A stretch of 64,000 nucleotides of DNA from a virus. The stretch lies in IMG/VR virus record IMGVR_UViG_3300005573_000995, positions 1-64,000 of that record; one strand, written 5' to 3'. The number at the start of each line of letters is the position of its first letter. The stretch's first letter is position 1. The position numbers were made by a program, and so were the translations under genes. Under the pieces are notes generated by a model. That model searched no databases, was not told where the DNA came from, and saw only the letters and a program-made list of their open reading frames with translations. Below, in pieces: positions 29,745 to 39,416 of the stretch.

Positions 29745-30884
29745 TTGAAGTCATTAATTTTTTCTGATGAAGATGCTGACGGTATCTGCTCTGCTAGGAT
29801 AGCCCAGCTAACTGTAGGGGGTGATGTCTGGTTCCAGAAGTGGCATACTTTTGGAATTACTCCTGACGATATAGTTAGGATTAAAGCATATCATCCTCAA
29901 GCTCTCTATTTTCTCGACTTAGGATGTGAAAAGGAGACATTAGAACTACTAAATTCCTTAGTAAAGGAAGGGATTAAAGTTACTCTGTTAGATAACCATC
30001 CTCCAAAAGAAGATGCTTCATATATAGAGAATTACAGAAACAAAAACTTCATTATAAACACTACTGCTGACAATTGTACAGCAGGAATAACGTATGACTT
30101 CTTTAAAGATGCTCTAGTAGGCGAAAGCCTTAAATGGGCACAAACATGGGCTTCTGTCGGAATTACTGGGGATGTCGCTACTGAGACGGTAGAGGGAGCT
30201 AGAATTCTTAATGAGATTAGAGGAGATTCAGCTTCTTTGTTCAGTAATGTAGGGGCTTGGGCTAAAGATGAGATGGATAAGTGGCAAAGAATGGAGAGGC
30301 CTTATCTGCAACAGATGTCGTCTTATTTCCAAACCTGTAAGAGGATGTGCTACGATAAAGGAGGATATTTAGCCCTTCAAGTCTGCAGTGAGATAGAGAA
30401 AAGTGGCGATATCTTTCTTCTTGAAAGAACTTTTACAGATGAGGAAATGGCAATATATCCCGCATCCACAACGCTTAAGGCTTTGTATCAACGTTTTAAA
30501 GAATCTAAGATTTGGCAAGACTCCTCAACAAACTTAAGACTCTATTACGTAGGCAAAGTCTCCTTTAGTGTTATCGAACACCCGTGGAATGTATCTACTT
30601 ATATCGCTACTTTCAAAGCACGCGAGACTCATAGAACGCACTTCTGTATCAACACATGGGGAAAGGATAATCTATTAGTAATAGGAGCTAGGAACCCACC
30701 TAAAGAAGATACCCAATCATTTAGATGTGATATCGGCGAAGTCTTTGACCAAGTAACTCTTGAGAGCAAGAATAAAATCAACGGAGGTGGGATACCAGAA
30801 GCAGGTTCTGCCCATGCCACTGTAGGAACACCTCTCAGCTATATCATCGACACAATAACTCAAGTAGTAGAAGAATATTTCTAA
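29745..30884 (+). CDS. DHH-family phosphoesterase (RecJ/GAN/Cdc45-like)
   Basis: DEDADG, LDLG, LDNHP, GD, GGG..AG. Confidence 0.75.
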   Translation: MKSLIFSDEDADGICSARIAQLTVGGDVWFQKWHTFGITPDDIVRIKAYHPQALYFLDLGCEKETLELLNSLVKEGIKVTLLDNHPPKEDASYIENYRNKNFIINTTADNCTAGITYDFFKDALVGESLKWAQTWASVGITGDVATETVEGARILNEIRGDSASLFSNVGAWAKDEMDKWQRMERPYLQQMSSYFQTCKRMCYDKGGYLALQVCSEIEKSGDIFLLERTFTDEEMAIYPASTTLKALYQRFKESKIWQDSSTNLRLYYVGKVSFSVIEHPWNVSTYIATFKARETHRTHFCINTWGKDNLLVIGARNPPKEDTQSFRCDIGEVFDQVTLESKNKINGGGIPEAGSAHATVGTPLSYIIDTITQVVEEYF

Positions 30885-30926
30885 AAGTTTATATACAACT
30901 CTTTTATCTAAAACCTTAGAAGAGTC

Positions 30927-31184
30927 TTGAGTGAAAATATTAGCTACGTTTGTGACGTTTGTATGAAATCATTTAGCCTTGATAGCCTTTCGAACTTTCA
31001 TGCAACTCGCTCTTCTATTACAAAGATTTGTCCTGTTTGTGGTGGAAGTCTTTTTAAGATAGTAGAAAAGACTAAGCCTTCTATTACTTTCTCTTCGCAA
31101 GAGACAAAGATAAGGCATGAATGTTGGACTCTGTCAGAAGATAGACCTCAAGACTCTGACTTTAAGAGAAGAGGTGAAGGATAA
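30927..31184 (+). CDS. Small zinc-ribbon protein
   Basis: CDVC..CPVCG; upstream TATA. Confidence 0.55.
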   Translation: MSENISYVCDVCMKSFSLDSLSNFHATRSSITKICPVCGGSLFKIVEKTKPSITFSSQETKIRHECWTLSEDRPQDSDFKRRGEG

Positions 31185-31563
31185 AGTGCCTGTCTATTAT
31201 TGTTCAATCTGTAAAGATAAAGAGTTCAAATCTATAGATGAATGGAAAAAGGCTCATCCTACAGATATGAAAGGCTTATCTTATCACATTTGTATAGAGA
31301 AAGATTCTCGCGAAGACTTTTTGCTTAGAGAAAATTTAGATATAGAAGAGGAAGAGCGAAAAGAACTAGAACGAGGGCTTCCACCCCGAGCTTCTAACAT
31401 TACTCGAGAAGCAAGCAAACTACCTAGTGGCACGTTTACCCCTTATATCCGTTCTATTCCTAATGTTTCAATAAATCTTAAAGAAGCCGAAGCTAAGGTA
31501 CCAAATAAAGAAGTTCGGAGCAAGATAAAGGAATTTTTAGAAAAGCAGGTTGAAGAAAGCTGA
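31117..31563 (+). CDS. Hypothetical protein (CxxC)
   Basis: ORF in operon. Confidence 0.55.
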   Translation: MNVGLCQKIDLKTLTLREEVKDKVPVYYCSICKDKEFKSIDEWKKAHPTDMKGLSYHICIEKDSREDFLLRENLDIEEEERKELERGLPPRASNITREASKLPSGTFTPYIRSIPNVSINLKEAEAKVPNKEVRSKIKEFLEKQVEES

Positions 31564-32316
31564 TTGTCTTCTTCTTTAGCAACAGATACTGCAACAATAG
31601 TTCTTAATCCGCAAGAAGCTAAAAATCATAAGGAATTAGTTGCAAAAATTCTATCGGCTGGCATCAACGTTATTGAAGATACTTTAGAAGTTGGTGATAT
31701 TTTAGTTCTTGGTGCAAAGGAAAGAATACTTATAGAGCGAAAAGACTTAAACGACTTTCTACTAAGCGGTTATGGCCGTATCTGGGAACAAGTTTCAGAG
31801 ATGTCTAAAAATGACGATAGATTTACTCTCTACGTTCTTGTCGAAGGAACTGAAATATGGGACAATCAGCTGAGGAGACCTGTCTATTGGGCAACATGGT
31901 GCAAGCGTTATCCAGACAAGGCCAAAATGTTTTATCAAGAACAGTATGGAGTTCAGAGATGGCGAATACCAATTATTTGGACAGCAGATGTAAATGGGAC
32001 TGCCGAATTTTTGATAGGGCTTGCTAAGAAGCTAGGGAAGCCTGCTGATGCCTCTGAAAGACCTATGCGTGGGGGCTTTAAGAAGGATTGGTCATTAGAG
32101 CAGAAGAGAAAATATTTGTTTGAAGCCTTTGGAACGGAAACGGGACACACATTATTTAAGCAGTTTCAAAGCCCAGCTAATTTGATAAATACATTAAGTT
32201 CTTTGCCGATGGAAAAGAAAATAGAAGCTATTTCTGAACTTAAATTAAAAAGTGAACGCAGAATTGGCGAAAAGAAGGCGAAGGAGATATTAGAAGTATT
32301 CGGCTTAATTAAGTAA
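31564..32316 (+). CDS. ERCC4/XPF-family nuclease
   Basis: LEVGD..IERK..DF..S..GR..Q, LVEG; C-terminal HhH (IGEKKA). Confidence 0.85.
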   Translation: MSSSLATDTATIVLNPQEAKNHKELVAKILSAGINVIEDTLEVGDILVLGAKERILIERKDLNDFLLSGYGRIWEQVSEMSKNDDRFTLYVLVEGTEIWDNQLRRPVYWATWCKRYPDKAKMFYQEQYGVQRWRIPIIWTADVNGTAEFLIGLAKKLGKPADASERPMRGGFKKDWSLEQKRKYLFEAFGTETGHTLFKQFQSPANLINTLSSLPMEKKIEAISELKLKSERRIGEKKAKEILEVFGLIK

Positions 32317-32354
32317 ACTAAAAGTTTAAATAGAGCATAAACATAGGTTAATGT

Positions 32355-32420
32355 GGCTACCGGGAGAGCGGTCTTTAAGGCCACTCGTGTGCATCTTTAA
32401 TGGTGCCCCCGGCAGTCCCC
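32355..32420 (+). ncRNA. Candidate structured RNA B or structured leader
   Basis: Three-way junction downstream of TATA AAAAGTTTAAATA (about 32320). Confidence 0.4.
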
Positions 32421-32440
32421 TTAATTAGAGGAATATTAAG

Positions 32441-32686
32441 ATGTCTAAGAAAGTTAATGGCGCTAATAATAACGCTTATACGTCCTATGTAACTTACACG
32501 ACCACAACTCCTATGGAATCTACAGTTATGTCTTTTCCGTGTGGCGTTTGTGGAGGAAGTGGTATAGTATACGGGAAAGACGGAAAGCCATATCTATGTC
32601 CCAAGTGTCAAGGCGAGAAAGTAGTTCATTCTTCTCCTCATCTAACCTATATGAATTGGGCTTTTACCGCTTTAGTCAATACGTGA
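32441..32686 (+). CDS. DnaJ-type CxxCxGxG zinc-finger protein
   Basis: CGVCGGSG..CPKCQGEK; paralog at 62542. Confidence 0.65.
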   Translation: MSKKVNGANNNAYTSYVTYTTTTPMESTVMSFPCGVCGGSGIVYGKDGKPYLCPKCQGEKVVHSSPHLTYMNWAFTALVNT

Positions 32687-32757
32687 AATTAGGAACCGAA
32701 ATGGTTCATAATGTTTAAATAATACTCTCTCTACTGTAAGGACGGAGGAAATAAAGT

Positions 32758-32991
32758 ATGGTCAAAGAGGAAGTAAATGAGTGGCAGTTCACACCCGGAA
32801 CGAAGATTAAGGTAGTTGTCCTGCAAGAAGAAGGTGGAGGCTATTATATCGGTAACTTTCTCAAGTATGGACGAGATAACATTATCCTCTCCAACGCAAC
32901 ATTCCATGCGAGCAACGGTACTACCGAATCATACGCTTCTACGATAAGTATAAATAAGAGAATATATCGCCACGCTCATGTAGTCAAGTGA
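32758..32991 (+). CDS. Sm/Lsm-like protein
   Basis: G..I.V..G..Y.G.F..Y..NIILSNA pattern matching Sm1; 77 aa; own TATA and RBS. Confidence 0.6.
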   Translation: MVKEEVNEWQFTPGTKIKVVVLQEEGGGYYIGNFLKYGRDNIILSNATFHASNGTTESYASTISINKRIYRHAHVVK

Positions 32992-33006
32992 TGGGAAGAT
33001 AATAAG

Positions 33007-34086
33007 ATGACAACCTTTAAGTCATGGACGCCAGAGGAAGAACTCTGGCTCTTAAAGAATAAAACTCTTTCGATGAATGCACTAGTCGAACATTTAGGGC
33101 GCACTTCTTCTTCAATTCGCAAGAAGATTGCTCGACTAGAAGAAGAGAATAAGATAAGGCAGAGTAATTTAATACAAATTTCCCTCCCTAAATATGAAAA
33201 GCAGATAACTCTCCCCATTCCCCCTCAAGAAGATAAAAGAGCAGACGATTATGCTTATCTAACTGTCAGCGATATTCACATAGGATATATCGATGACCAC
33301 GGACATAGCATTAATGATGAGGTTAAAGAGAAGCTAGACAATTACAGGGATAATGTTCTGCATCTACTTAAATATCATAATCCAGTTAAGCACTTTAGGC
33401 TTCTCTTTCTCGGTGATATGATACAAGGGCAAGAGAATTATGATGCTCAAAAAGATGACTCGCAACCAATATCTATTCAGCTTAGTGAAGCGATAAATAT
33501 TTTGTATCACTGGTTAATACCATTCCTCGATACTCTCTATTCTATGGGCATACAAACCGACATCTATTGCATAGCTGGCAATCATGGTAGAACGTCTAAG
33601 TATAGGTCTGACGTAAAAGATAATTTCGACCTTACAATCTACAACTGGCTAAGAGCTGCGATAACCGACAGATATAAGGGCTTGAATTTCTACATCGACC
33701 CAGAGACCCTCCTTATTAAAGAGGGAGGCAAAACAATCGCCGTTGAGCATGGGGATAAAGTTAGGGGACTATCCTTAGCTTCTATGCAGAAGCGTATAAT
33801 GAATGTATCGGGAATGTATCGGACAATATTAGATGCCTACGTAATGGGGCATTGGCATACGGCAGGAGACTTATACGTTGGGAATACTCGCTTAATAATG
33901 TCAGGAACTTTACAAGGAGAGACAGACTTATCGAATGCTATGGGAATTTTGCCTCAGGAGAATTGGTATTTCTTCTCGACTAAGGGAGGACATTGGGGCT
34001 TTACGTATAGAATTGATTACAGACCTCGTAATAAGGGCAAGGGCAGTGTAATGTCAAACGGAGATAAAAACCATGCAAAGGCATAA
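33007..34086 (+). CDS. Calcineurin-like metallophosphoesterase with N-terminal HTH
   Basis: SDIHIG, LGD, GNHG, HGD, GHWH; WTPEEE..LGRT N-terminus. Confidence 0.85.
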   Translation: MTTFKSWTPEEELWLLKNKTLSMNALVEHLGRTSSSIRKKIARLEEENKIRQSNLIQISLPKYEKQITLPIPPQEDKRADDYAYLTVSDIHIGYIDDHGHSINDEVKEKLDNYRDNVLHLLKYHNPVKHFRLLFLGDMIQGQENYDAQKDDSQPISIQLSEAINILYHWLIPFLDTLYSMGIQTDIYCIAGNHGRTSKYRSDVKDNFDLTIYNWLRAAITDRYKGLNFYIDPETLLIKEGGKTIAVEHGDKVRGLSLASMQKRIMNVSGMYRTILDAYVMGHWHTAGDLYVGNTRLIMSGTLQGETDLSNAMGILPQENWYFFSTKGGHWGFTYRIDYRPRNKGKGSVMSNGDKNHAKA

Positions 34087-34396
34087 TGCTAAGAGATTGA
34101 AGGACGTAAAATATTATAAGCTTAAAGCTTTACAAGCGTTACAACTGCAAGACAATATCTTGCACGGCTTTAATCTTTTTGAATTTTTCTCGTTATTTAT
34201 ATGGTATGGGACTAATGTTTCACAGTCTTATCTTTTTGAGATGACTCCAGAGGAAATGAACAAAATAGTTAAAGAGCTTTATAAAGTGAATAAAGACATT
34301 TGGGCTATGTTGCCTCCTAAAGTAGAGTCTATATCTTCTGACTCTACTAATCTATCATCCTCTAAAATTGCTCTACGCTTGCCCGGAGTAGGATAA
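34073..34396 (+). CDS. Hypothetical protein
   Basis: ORF in operon. Confidence 0.5.
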   Translation: MQRHNAKRLKDVKYYKLKALQALQLQDNILHGFNLFEFFSLFIWYGTNVSQSYLFEMTPEEMNKIVKELYKVNKDIWAMLPPKVESISSDSTNLSSSKIALRLPGVG

Positions 34397-34473
34397 TTTT
34401 CAGATAATATACTCCTCTATGTATCTTCGATAGCTTTAAATATTCCCACTACTAATACTACTGCCGATGGAAA

Positions 34474-35187
34474 ATGGAGACAGAAAAAGATACTCTGATT
34501 ATGAAGATGACCGAACTTCTTCATGAGAGAAACCAACTTCTTTCTGAAGATGTGAGAAAGCCTCTAGAAGAGAGCTTTAACAAAATTATGGAGCGCACAA
34601 AGCGTTACCTTACTACTGGCGCTGGATACTACTGGCAGAAAATAACGTCTTTCCAACTAAATGAAGGTGGCAAAAACTGGAAAGTTGTAGATTTCTATGA
34701 CACAGGAGGATATGGTAACTATGAAGCTTGTGACCTTTGCGGCTTTCCTAAATGTCGTTATAAGTTTGTCATAGTTTCTGAACAGAACTTCTTAGCAAGA
34801 GCCATGCTAGGCACACCACTTAAGGATATATGGTGGGGTGGAAAGAAGTTAGGAACAAAATATATTGATGGTATCGATGCAAATCCAGATGAAGTAAAGT
34901 CAATAGGAGATGAGTGCGTTCTTAACTACCTCGATGAAAATGGACAGGAAATCTTTAAGAGATTCAAAAGAACTGCAATTGTCAAGGTCTTTAATATAAA
35001 GAAATATGAACCTCTTGCTAAGGAGATGTTTATCTACAAGGAAGCTATGAGATTTAAGATGACCTTTAGGCAGAGATATGAAGTCTCATCTCTTACATAT
35101 AAGATAATAAATGGTGGTGAACTTACTACTGAAACCTTAAAGAACCTTCCTCGGATACTAGGTCTTCAACAGGAGGTAAGCATCTAA
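34474..35187 (+). CDS. Hypothetical zinc-binding protein
   Basis: CDLCG..C..IGDECV; upstream TATA. Confidence 0.65.
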   Translation: METEKDTLIMKMTELLHERNQLLSEDVRKPLEESFNKIMERTKRYLTTGAGYYWQKITSFQLNEGGKNWKVVDFYDTGGYGNYEACDLCGFPKCRYKFVIVSEQNFLARAMLGTPLKDIWWGGKKLGTKYIDGIDANPDEVKSIGDECVLNYLDENGQEIFKRFKRTAIVKVFNIKKYEPLAKEMFIYKEAMRFKMTFRQRYEVSSLTYKIINGGELTTETLKNLPRILGLQQEVSI

Positions 35188-35188
35188 A

Positions 35189-36238
35189 ATGCCAAAAGAA
35201 AAAGAAATTGCGCTTACTGTTGAGACAACCAAAGTAGAGGATGTTCGTAAAGCAATTCTGTATGCCATTAAGACAAAGCTTCCTCTGATGATTTGGGGAA
35301 AGCCTGGAATAGGAAAAAGTAGTCTCGTAAGGGACGTGGCAACGGAATTATCCTATAATCTGATTGATTTACGTCTCTCTCTTCTCTTACCTGAAGACTT
35401 AATGGGCTTACCTGCCATTATCAACGGTCTTACAAAATGGATGAGACCAGAACTCCTTCCTCCCTCAGATTCTACCACTCCTACAATACTGTTTCTGGAT
35501 GAAATCAATTTAGCTCAGCTATCTATGCAACATGCAGCTTATCAGCTAATTTTAGACCGAAGAATTGGAGCATATCAGTTGCCAGATAGCGTAGTTATTA
35601 TTGCAGCAGGCAACAGGATTGAAGATAGAACGGGAGTAACAGATATGAATCCCGCATTGGCAAACCGCTTTATCCATATCAATTTCCCAGTTCCCACTAA
35701 AGATGAATGGACAGAATGGGCTGTAAAACATAACATACACCCACAGATAATTGGTTTCATTAACTTCCAATCTAACTTATTGTGGAATATAAATCCTAAT
35801 AGCAAAGAGAAAGCTCAACCTACTCCCAGAAGTTGGGAATTTGCTTCTAAGCTCCTTTGGGTCTCTAATGACCCCAATATAGTCTCTCTTGCAGTTGGAA
35901 CTCCCGCTGGACAGCAATTTGTCGAGTATATCAAGAATTTCAGTACAATACCTAACGTATGGGATATTGTAGAGGGCAAGATGAGACTAGACGAAGGCGA
36001 TGTAGGACTTTGGATTGCAGTAGTTAGCGAATTAGCTTATCAATTAAGCCAAAAGACATTTAGCGATAAGATGATAGATACTCTTCTCCACTGGCTACTT
36101 ACAATCAACGTTGAATATGCAACCTTACTTCTGAGACAGATAAAAGTTGCATCAAATCCAACAATAATCAAAATTATTAAAAACCCTATATGGGCAAACC
36201 AGATAGTTCCTAAATGGACTCGCTTTTTTGAAGGATGA
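35189..36238 (+). CDS. MoxR-like AAA+ ATPase
   Basis: GKPGIGKS, LFLDE, AAGNR, PALANRF, TPRSW. Confidence 0.9.
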   Translation: MPKEKEIALTVETTKVEDVRKAILYAIKTKLPLMIWGKPGIGKSSLVRDVATELSYNLIDLRLSLLLPEDLMGLPAIINGLTKWMRPELLPPSDSTTPTILFLDEINLAQLSMQHAAYQLILDRRIGAYQLPDSVVIIAAGNRIEDRTGVTDMNPALANRFIHINFPVPTKDEWTEWAVKHNIHPQIIGFINFQSNLLWNINPNSKEKAQPTPRSWEFASKLLWVSNDPNIVSLAVGTPAGQQFVEYIKNFSTIPNVWDIVEGKMRLDEGDVGLWIAVVSELAYQLSQKTFSDKMIDTLLHWLLTINVEYATLLLRQIKVASNPTIIKIIKNPIWANQIVPKWTRFFEG

Positions 36239-37440
36239 TAAAATTGGTTACCTTAACACCACACGAAAAGATTATATCGGCTAGATTAACTCTATTACGT
36301 GAGAACCCTTTCTTATCATACTTAGCGATGTCTCTTAATCTCACTCCTCTCCCAGAAAACAACACTCTAGGAATTAGTACGATGGCAGTAGATAGCTTTG
36401 GGCACTTATATTATAACGAGAAATGGGTTGGTGCTTTACCTCAGCAAGAACTGATAGGAGCTATATCTCATGAAGTACTTCATCTTGCTCTATTGCATAT
36501 TGTTAGAAAGGGCAACCGTAATGCTGTAATTATGTTACCTAATGGTGAGACAACCCTACTCTGGAATGTAGCAGTCGATATTGTAGCAAATAACCTAGTT
36601 GAAGAAATGGGTTATAGCTTACCACCAGACGTTATCAAAAACAAGCAACTTGCTACCTTTCCAGCCGAAGAGGTTTACTATAAGTTACTTAATGACAAAT
36701 CACAAAATGGATTTCGTAAGTTTTTCCTTAATGGAATACTATTCGACAAGCATATCTTTGGCGTAATAGATAAAAATGGCAAGATTAGAGACCTAACTGA
36801 AGATGAAAAAAAGGCATTAGAGAATGTTTGGGCTAAAAAAGCAAGAGAAGCAGCAACGTATGCCCAGAAACAAGGGACCTTACCTTCTTCACTAGAAAGA
36901 ATATTCGACTTAGTTGAACCAAAGCTAGACTGGAGAACGATATTACAACGCTTCGTTGTAAAGTCATTACCAACCGATGTATCTTTCAGAAAGCCAAATA
37001 GACGGAGCTATACGTGTGGAGACTTTATCTTTCCTGGACAAATAAAAGAGTCCCTACAACTACATTTTGCAATTGATACAAGCGGTTCAATCGACAAGGA
37101 AACATTAAGCCAAGTAGCGTCAGAAATCGTTGGAATATGCAAAGTCTATGAGAACATTAAGCTAATTATCTTAACTTCTGATGCTCAAGTCCATCAAGAA
37201 TTTACAACTGTAGAGGAAATGCTAAAAGGAGTAGAAGGTGGTGGTGGAACGGACTTTCGTCCAGTTTTTGAATATATAGAAGAGAATCAAGCAGAGTGTA
37301 ATGCTCTAATTTACTTTACAGATGGGCAAGGAACTTTTCCCGAAGAAGCTCCTCCTTATCCCGTCTTATGGGTGCTATGTGGTTATCACATACAACCAAA
37401 TGAAGTTCCCTTTGGAGAAGTGATTGTCATTGACTCATGA
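36235..37440 (+). CDS. DUF2201-like metallopeptidase plus VWA domain protein
   Basis: HEVLH, DTSGS (MIDAS), GGGGTDFRP, YFTDG. Confidence 0.9.
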   Translation: MIKLVTLTPHEKIISARLTLLRENPFLSYLAMSLNLTPLPENNTLGISTMAVDSFGHLYYNEKWVGALPQQELIGAISHEVLHLALLHIVRKGNRNAVIMLPNGETTLLWNVAVDIVANNLVEEMGYSLPPDVIKNKQLATFPAEEVYYKLLNDKSQNGFRKFFLNGILFDKHIFGVIDKNGKIRDLTEDEKKALENVWAKKAREAATYAQKQGTLPSSLERIFDLVEPKLDWRTILQRFVVKSLPTDVSFRKPNRRSYTCGDFIFPGQIKESLQLHFAIDTSGSIDKETLSQVASEIVGICKVYENIKLIILTSDAQVHQEFTTVEEMLKGVEGGGGTDFRPVFEYIEENQAECNALIYFTDGQGTFPEEAPPYPVLWVLCGYHIQPNEVPFGEVIVIDS

Positions 37441-37729
37441 GCAGAAATACTGCAAACGATGTTTAGAGTTAGGGGTAAAGGTTCCGTTACTTAAAAAAGT
37501 AAATAAAGAAACAGGAAAAGTAGTGTGGAAACATAATGCATTCTGTGCTTGGCATTGGTGGTTTGACTATAAGATGAATGTCTATCCTCGCCTTGAAATA
37601 TCTCGACCTGTAATGTCTTATGAAAGTTGGAAAGCAGGCTTAAGAAAGAACAGCAAGCATGAGGGTGAAATTGGAAAGTACGTCTTTACTGCTCCCCCAA
37701 AGAAATATAGGCTGGTAGAAATGATATGA
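37424..37729 (+). CDS. Zinc-finger paralog 1 of tandem array
   Basis: YCKRC..FCAWHWW..TAPPKKYRLVEMI. Confidence 0.75.
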   Translation: MSLTHEQKYCKRCLELGVKVPLLKKVNKETGKVVWKHNAFCAWHWWFDYKMNVYPRLEISRPVMSYESWKAGLRKNSKHEGEIGKYVFTAPPKKYRLVEMI

Positions 37730-38031
37730 TATCACCACCATATTGTGTTGAGTGTGCTAAATACGGCTTAAAAGTCATAGCAGAAACTCGCTTGGTAAAA
37801 ACTCACTTAGATAAACGGAAAAATCTAGGTTCATTTGCCTATGAGCAATGGCTTCCTGCGCTACTATGTAGCTGGCATAGATGGTTTACTAAAGCTTATT
37901 GTAACCCTTCTATTTATAATGTCAGATTTTTAAGTGAAGTTTCTTGGAAAGACTATCAGAAAGTAGTTAAAAGAGAAGGTTATAAAGTTTCTGCTCCTCC
38001 TAAGGAATATAGGATGCTGGAGTTGATATAA
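37726..38031 (+). CDS. Zinc-finger paralog 2
   Basis: YCVEC..CSWHRW..SAPPKEYRMLELI. Confidence 0.75.
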   Translation: MISPPYCVECAKYGLKVIAETRLVKTHLDKRKNLGSFAYEQWLPALLCSWHRWFTKAYCNPSIYNVRFLSEVSWKDYQKVVKREGYKVSAPPKEYRMLELI

Positions 38032-38316
38032 ATGATGAAATATTGTATCGAGTGCGCAAAGTACGGGCTAAAGATACCAGTGTTTCACAAAATCAATACT
38101 GATACAGAAAAGATAGTGTGGGAGCATCATTCGTTCTGCGGGTGGCATTGGTGGCTCGATAATAAGTCCGTTCTTTCAGCCATTCTCCAAACTTATGAAG
38201 GTTGGGTAGCATGGATAGCCGAAAGAAGTAAGAATAAAGGAGATGAGGAATACATTATTACTTCACCTCCCAACGCATATAAATTGATGGAGATGATGAG
38301 AATTAACTCAAAATAA
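38032..38316 (+). CDS. Zinc-finger paralog 3
   Basis: YCIEC..FCGWHWW..SPPNAYKLMEM. Confidence 0.75.
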   Translation: MMKYCIECAKYGLKIPVFHKINTDTEKIVWEHHSFCGWHWWLDNKSVLSAILQTYEGWVAWIAERSKNKGDEEYIITSPPNAYKLMEMMRINSK

Positions 38317-38665
38317 GACCCCAAAGCTTACTAAGTGGACACTAGCTTCTGAAAGACTCAACAATATTTCTTGCGTAAATAAGCTGATAGCACCTGCGCA
38401 AAAGCCTCGAGTTATTTGGTGTTTCTATTGTCTAAAATATAAAATCAAAATAGCTAGCACATTTTTGTTAGACTCGACAGTCACAGTCTCTCATCCTGCA
38501 CATCATGTATGCACTTTTCATAAGTGGTTATTGGAAAGGCGTCGTTTCTATCCTTCTTTTCAAGCTTATCTTGAGTGGTTAGAAGAATATAATCTCGAAG
38601 GAAAAGAGGAGCACACATTTCCACCACAAAAATATAGACTGTTAGATGTGGTGAGATTCTTATGA
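38300..38665 (+). CDS. Zinc-finger paralog 4 (frame open from 38300, start uncertain)
   Basis: WCFYCLKY upstream of the track start; CTFHKW..PPQKYRLLDV. Confidence 0.6.
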   Translation, partial: ELTQNKTPKLTKWTLASERLNNISCVNKLIAPAQKPRVIWCFYCLKYKIKIASTFLLDSTVTVSHPAHHVCTFHKWLLERRRFYPSFQAYLEWLEEYNLEGKEEHTFPPQKYRLLDVVRFL

Positions 38666-39042
38666 GCTTAAAGAAAAATGAAACTCATTTGACTCCGATA
38701 AAAGACTATGTATCCTCTCCTAAGCATGCGTACTGTAAGCTCTGCCTTAAATACAATGAAAAAATAGCTACTGCAAGCATTATTTTCATACATAATCTTG
38801 CTCTTGACGTTTGCACCTTTCATAGTTGGTTAATTGAAGTTAATTCAAAATTTAATCTGGAGACCTACAAAAGTGGCTATAATCTGAAGGGCTACAAAGA
38901 ATATCGGCAATACTTAAAAGAGGAACATCTTGCAGGACTTAATGATAAGCTTACACAACCATCGAAGTCCGTAATGTTGATGGAACTGATTAGATGGGCA
39001 AATGGAACTAAGGAGGCATTAGAGTCTTATGAAAACATCTAA
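38662..39042 (+). CDS. Zinc-finger paralog 5
   Basis: YCKLCLKY..CTFHSW..QPSK..LMELI. Confidence 0.75.
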   Translation: MSLKKNETHLTPIKDYVSSPKHAYCKLCLKYNEKIATASIIFIHNLALDVCTFHSWLIEVNSKFNLETYKSGYNLKGYKEYRQYLKEEHLAGLNDKLTQPSKSVMLMELIRWANGTKEALESYENI

Positions 39043-39343
39043 AGCAAAACCTGCTAAACAAAAGAGCTGGTCGCCACTTAGTCTAACGCCGCTTCTCTAC
39101 TGCAATTTCTGTTCTACGTATGGAAAAAAGGTAGGTAGCAACTTCCTTGATGATGGCATGCACCTTTGCACATGGCATCATTGGCTATACAAGTATGGTG
39201 GTGGCAATAGTGAGGAAACTTACGTTGAGTATTTAAGGTGGTTGGAGAAAAAAGGAATTGAAGAAGTAGGAACACATACTGCTCCACCCAAGTCTATACG
39301 TCTAATGGATATGATAAGGTTAAGCAAAGGGAAAAGAATATAA
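39029..39343 (+). CDS. Zinc-finger paralog 6
   Basis: YCNFC..CTWHHW..TAPPKSIRLMDMI. Confidence 0.75.
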   Translation: MKTSKAKPAKQKSWSPLSLTPLLYCNFCSTYGKKVGSNFLDDGMHLCTWHHWLYKYGGGNSEETYVEYLRWLEKKGIEEVGTHTAPPKSIRLMDMIRLSKGKRI

Positions 39344-39416
39344 AAGTTTATTAACAACTTGTCGAAAGACTTAAATATCCTGTGTATATTATTTCTCTGG
39401 AGGTAGATAAGCCAAA

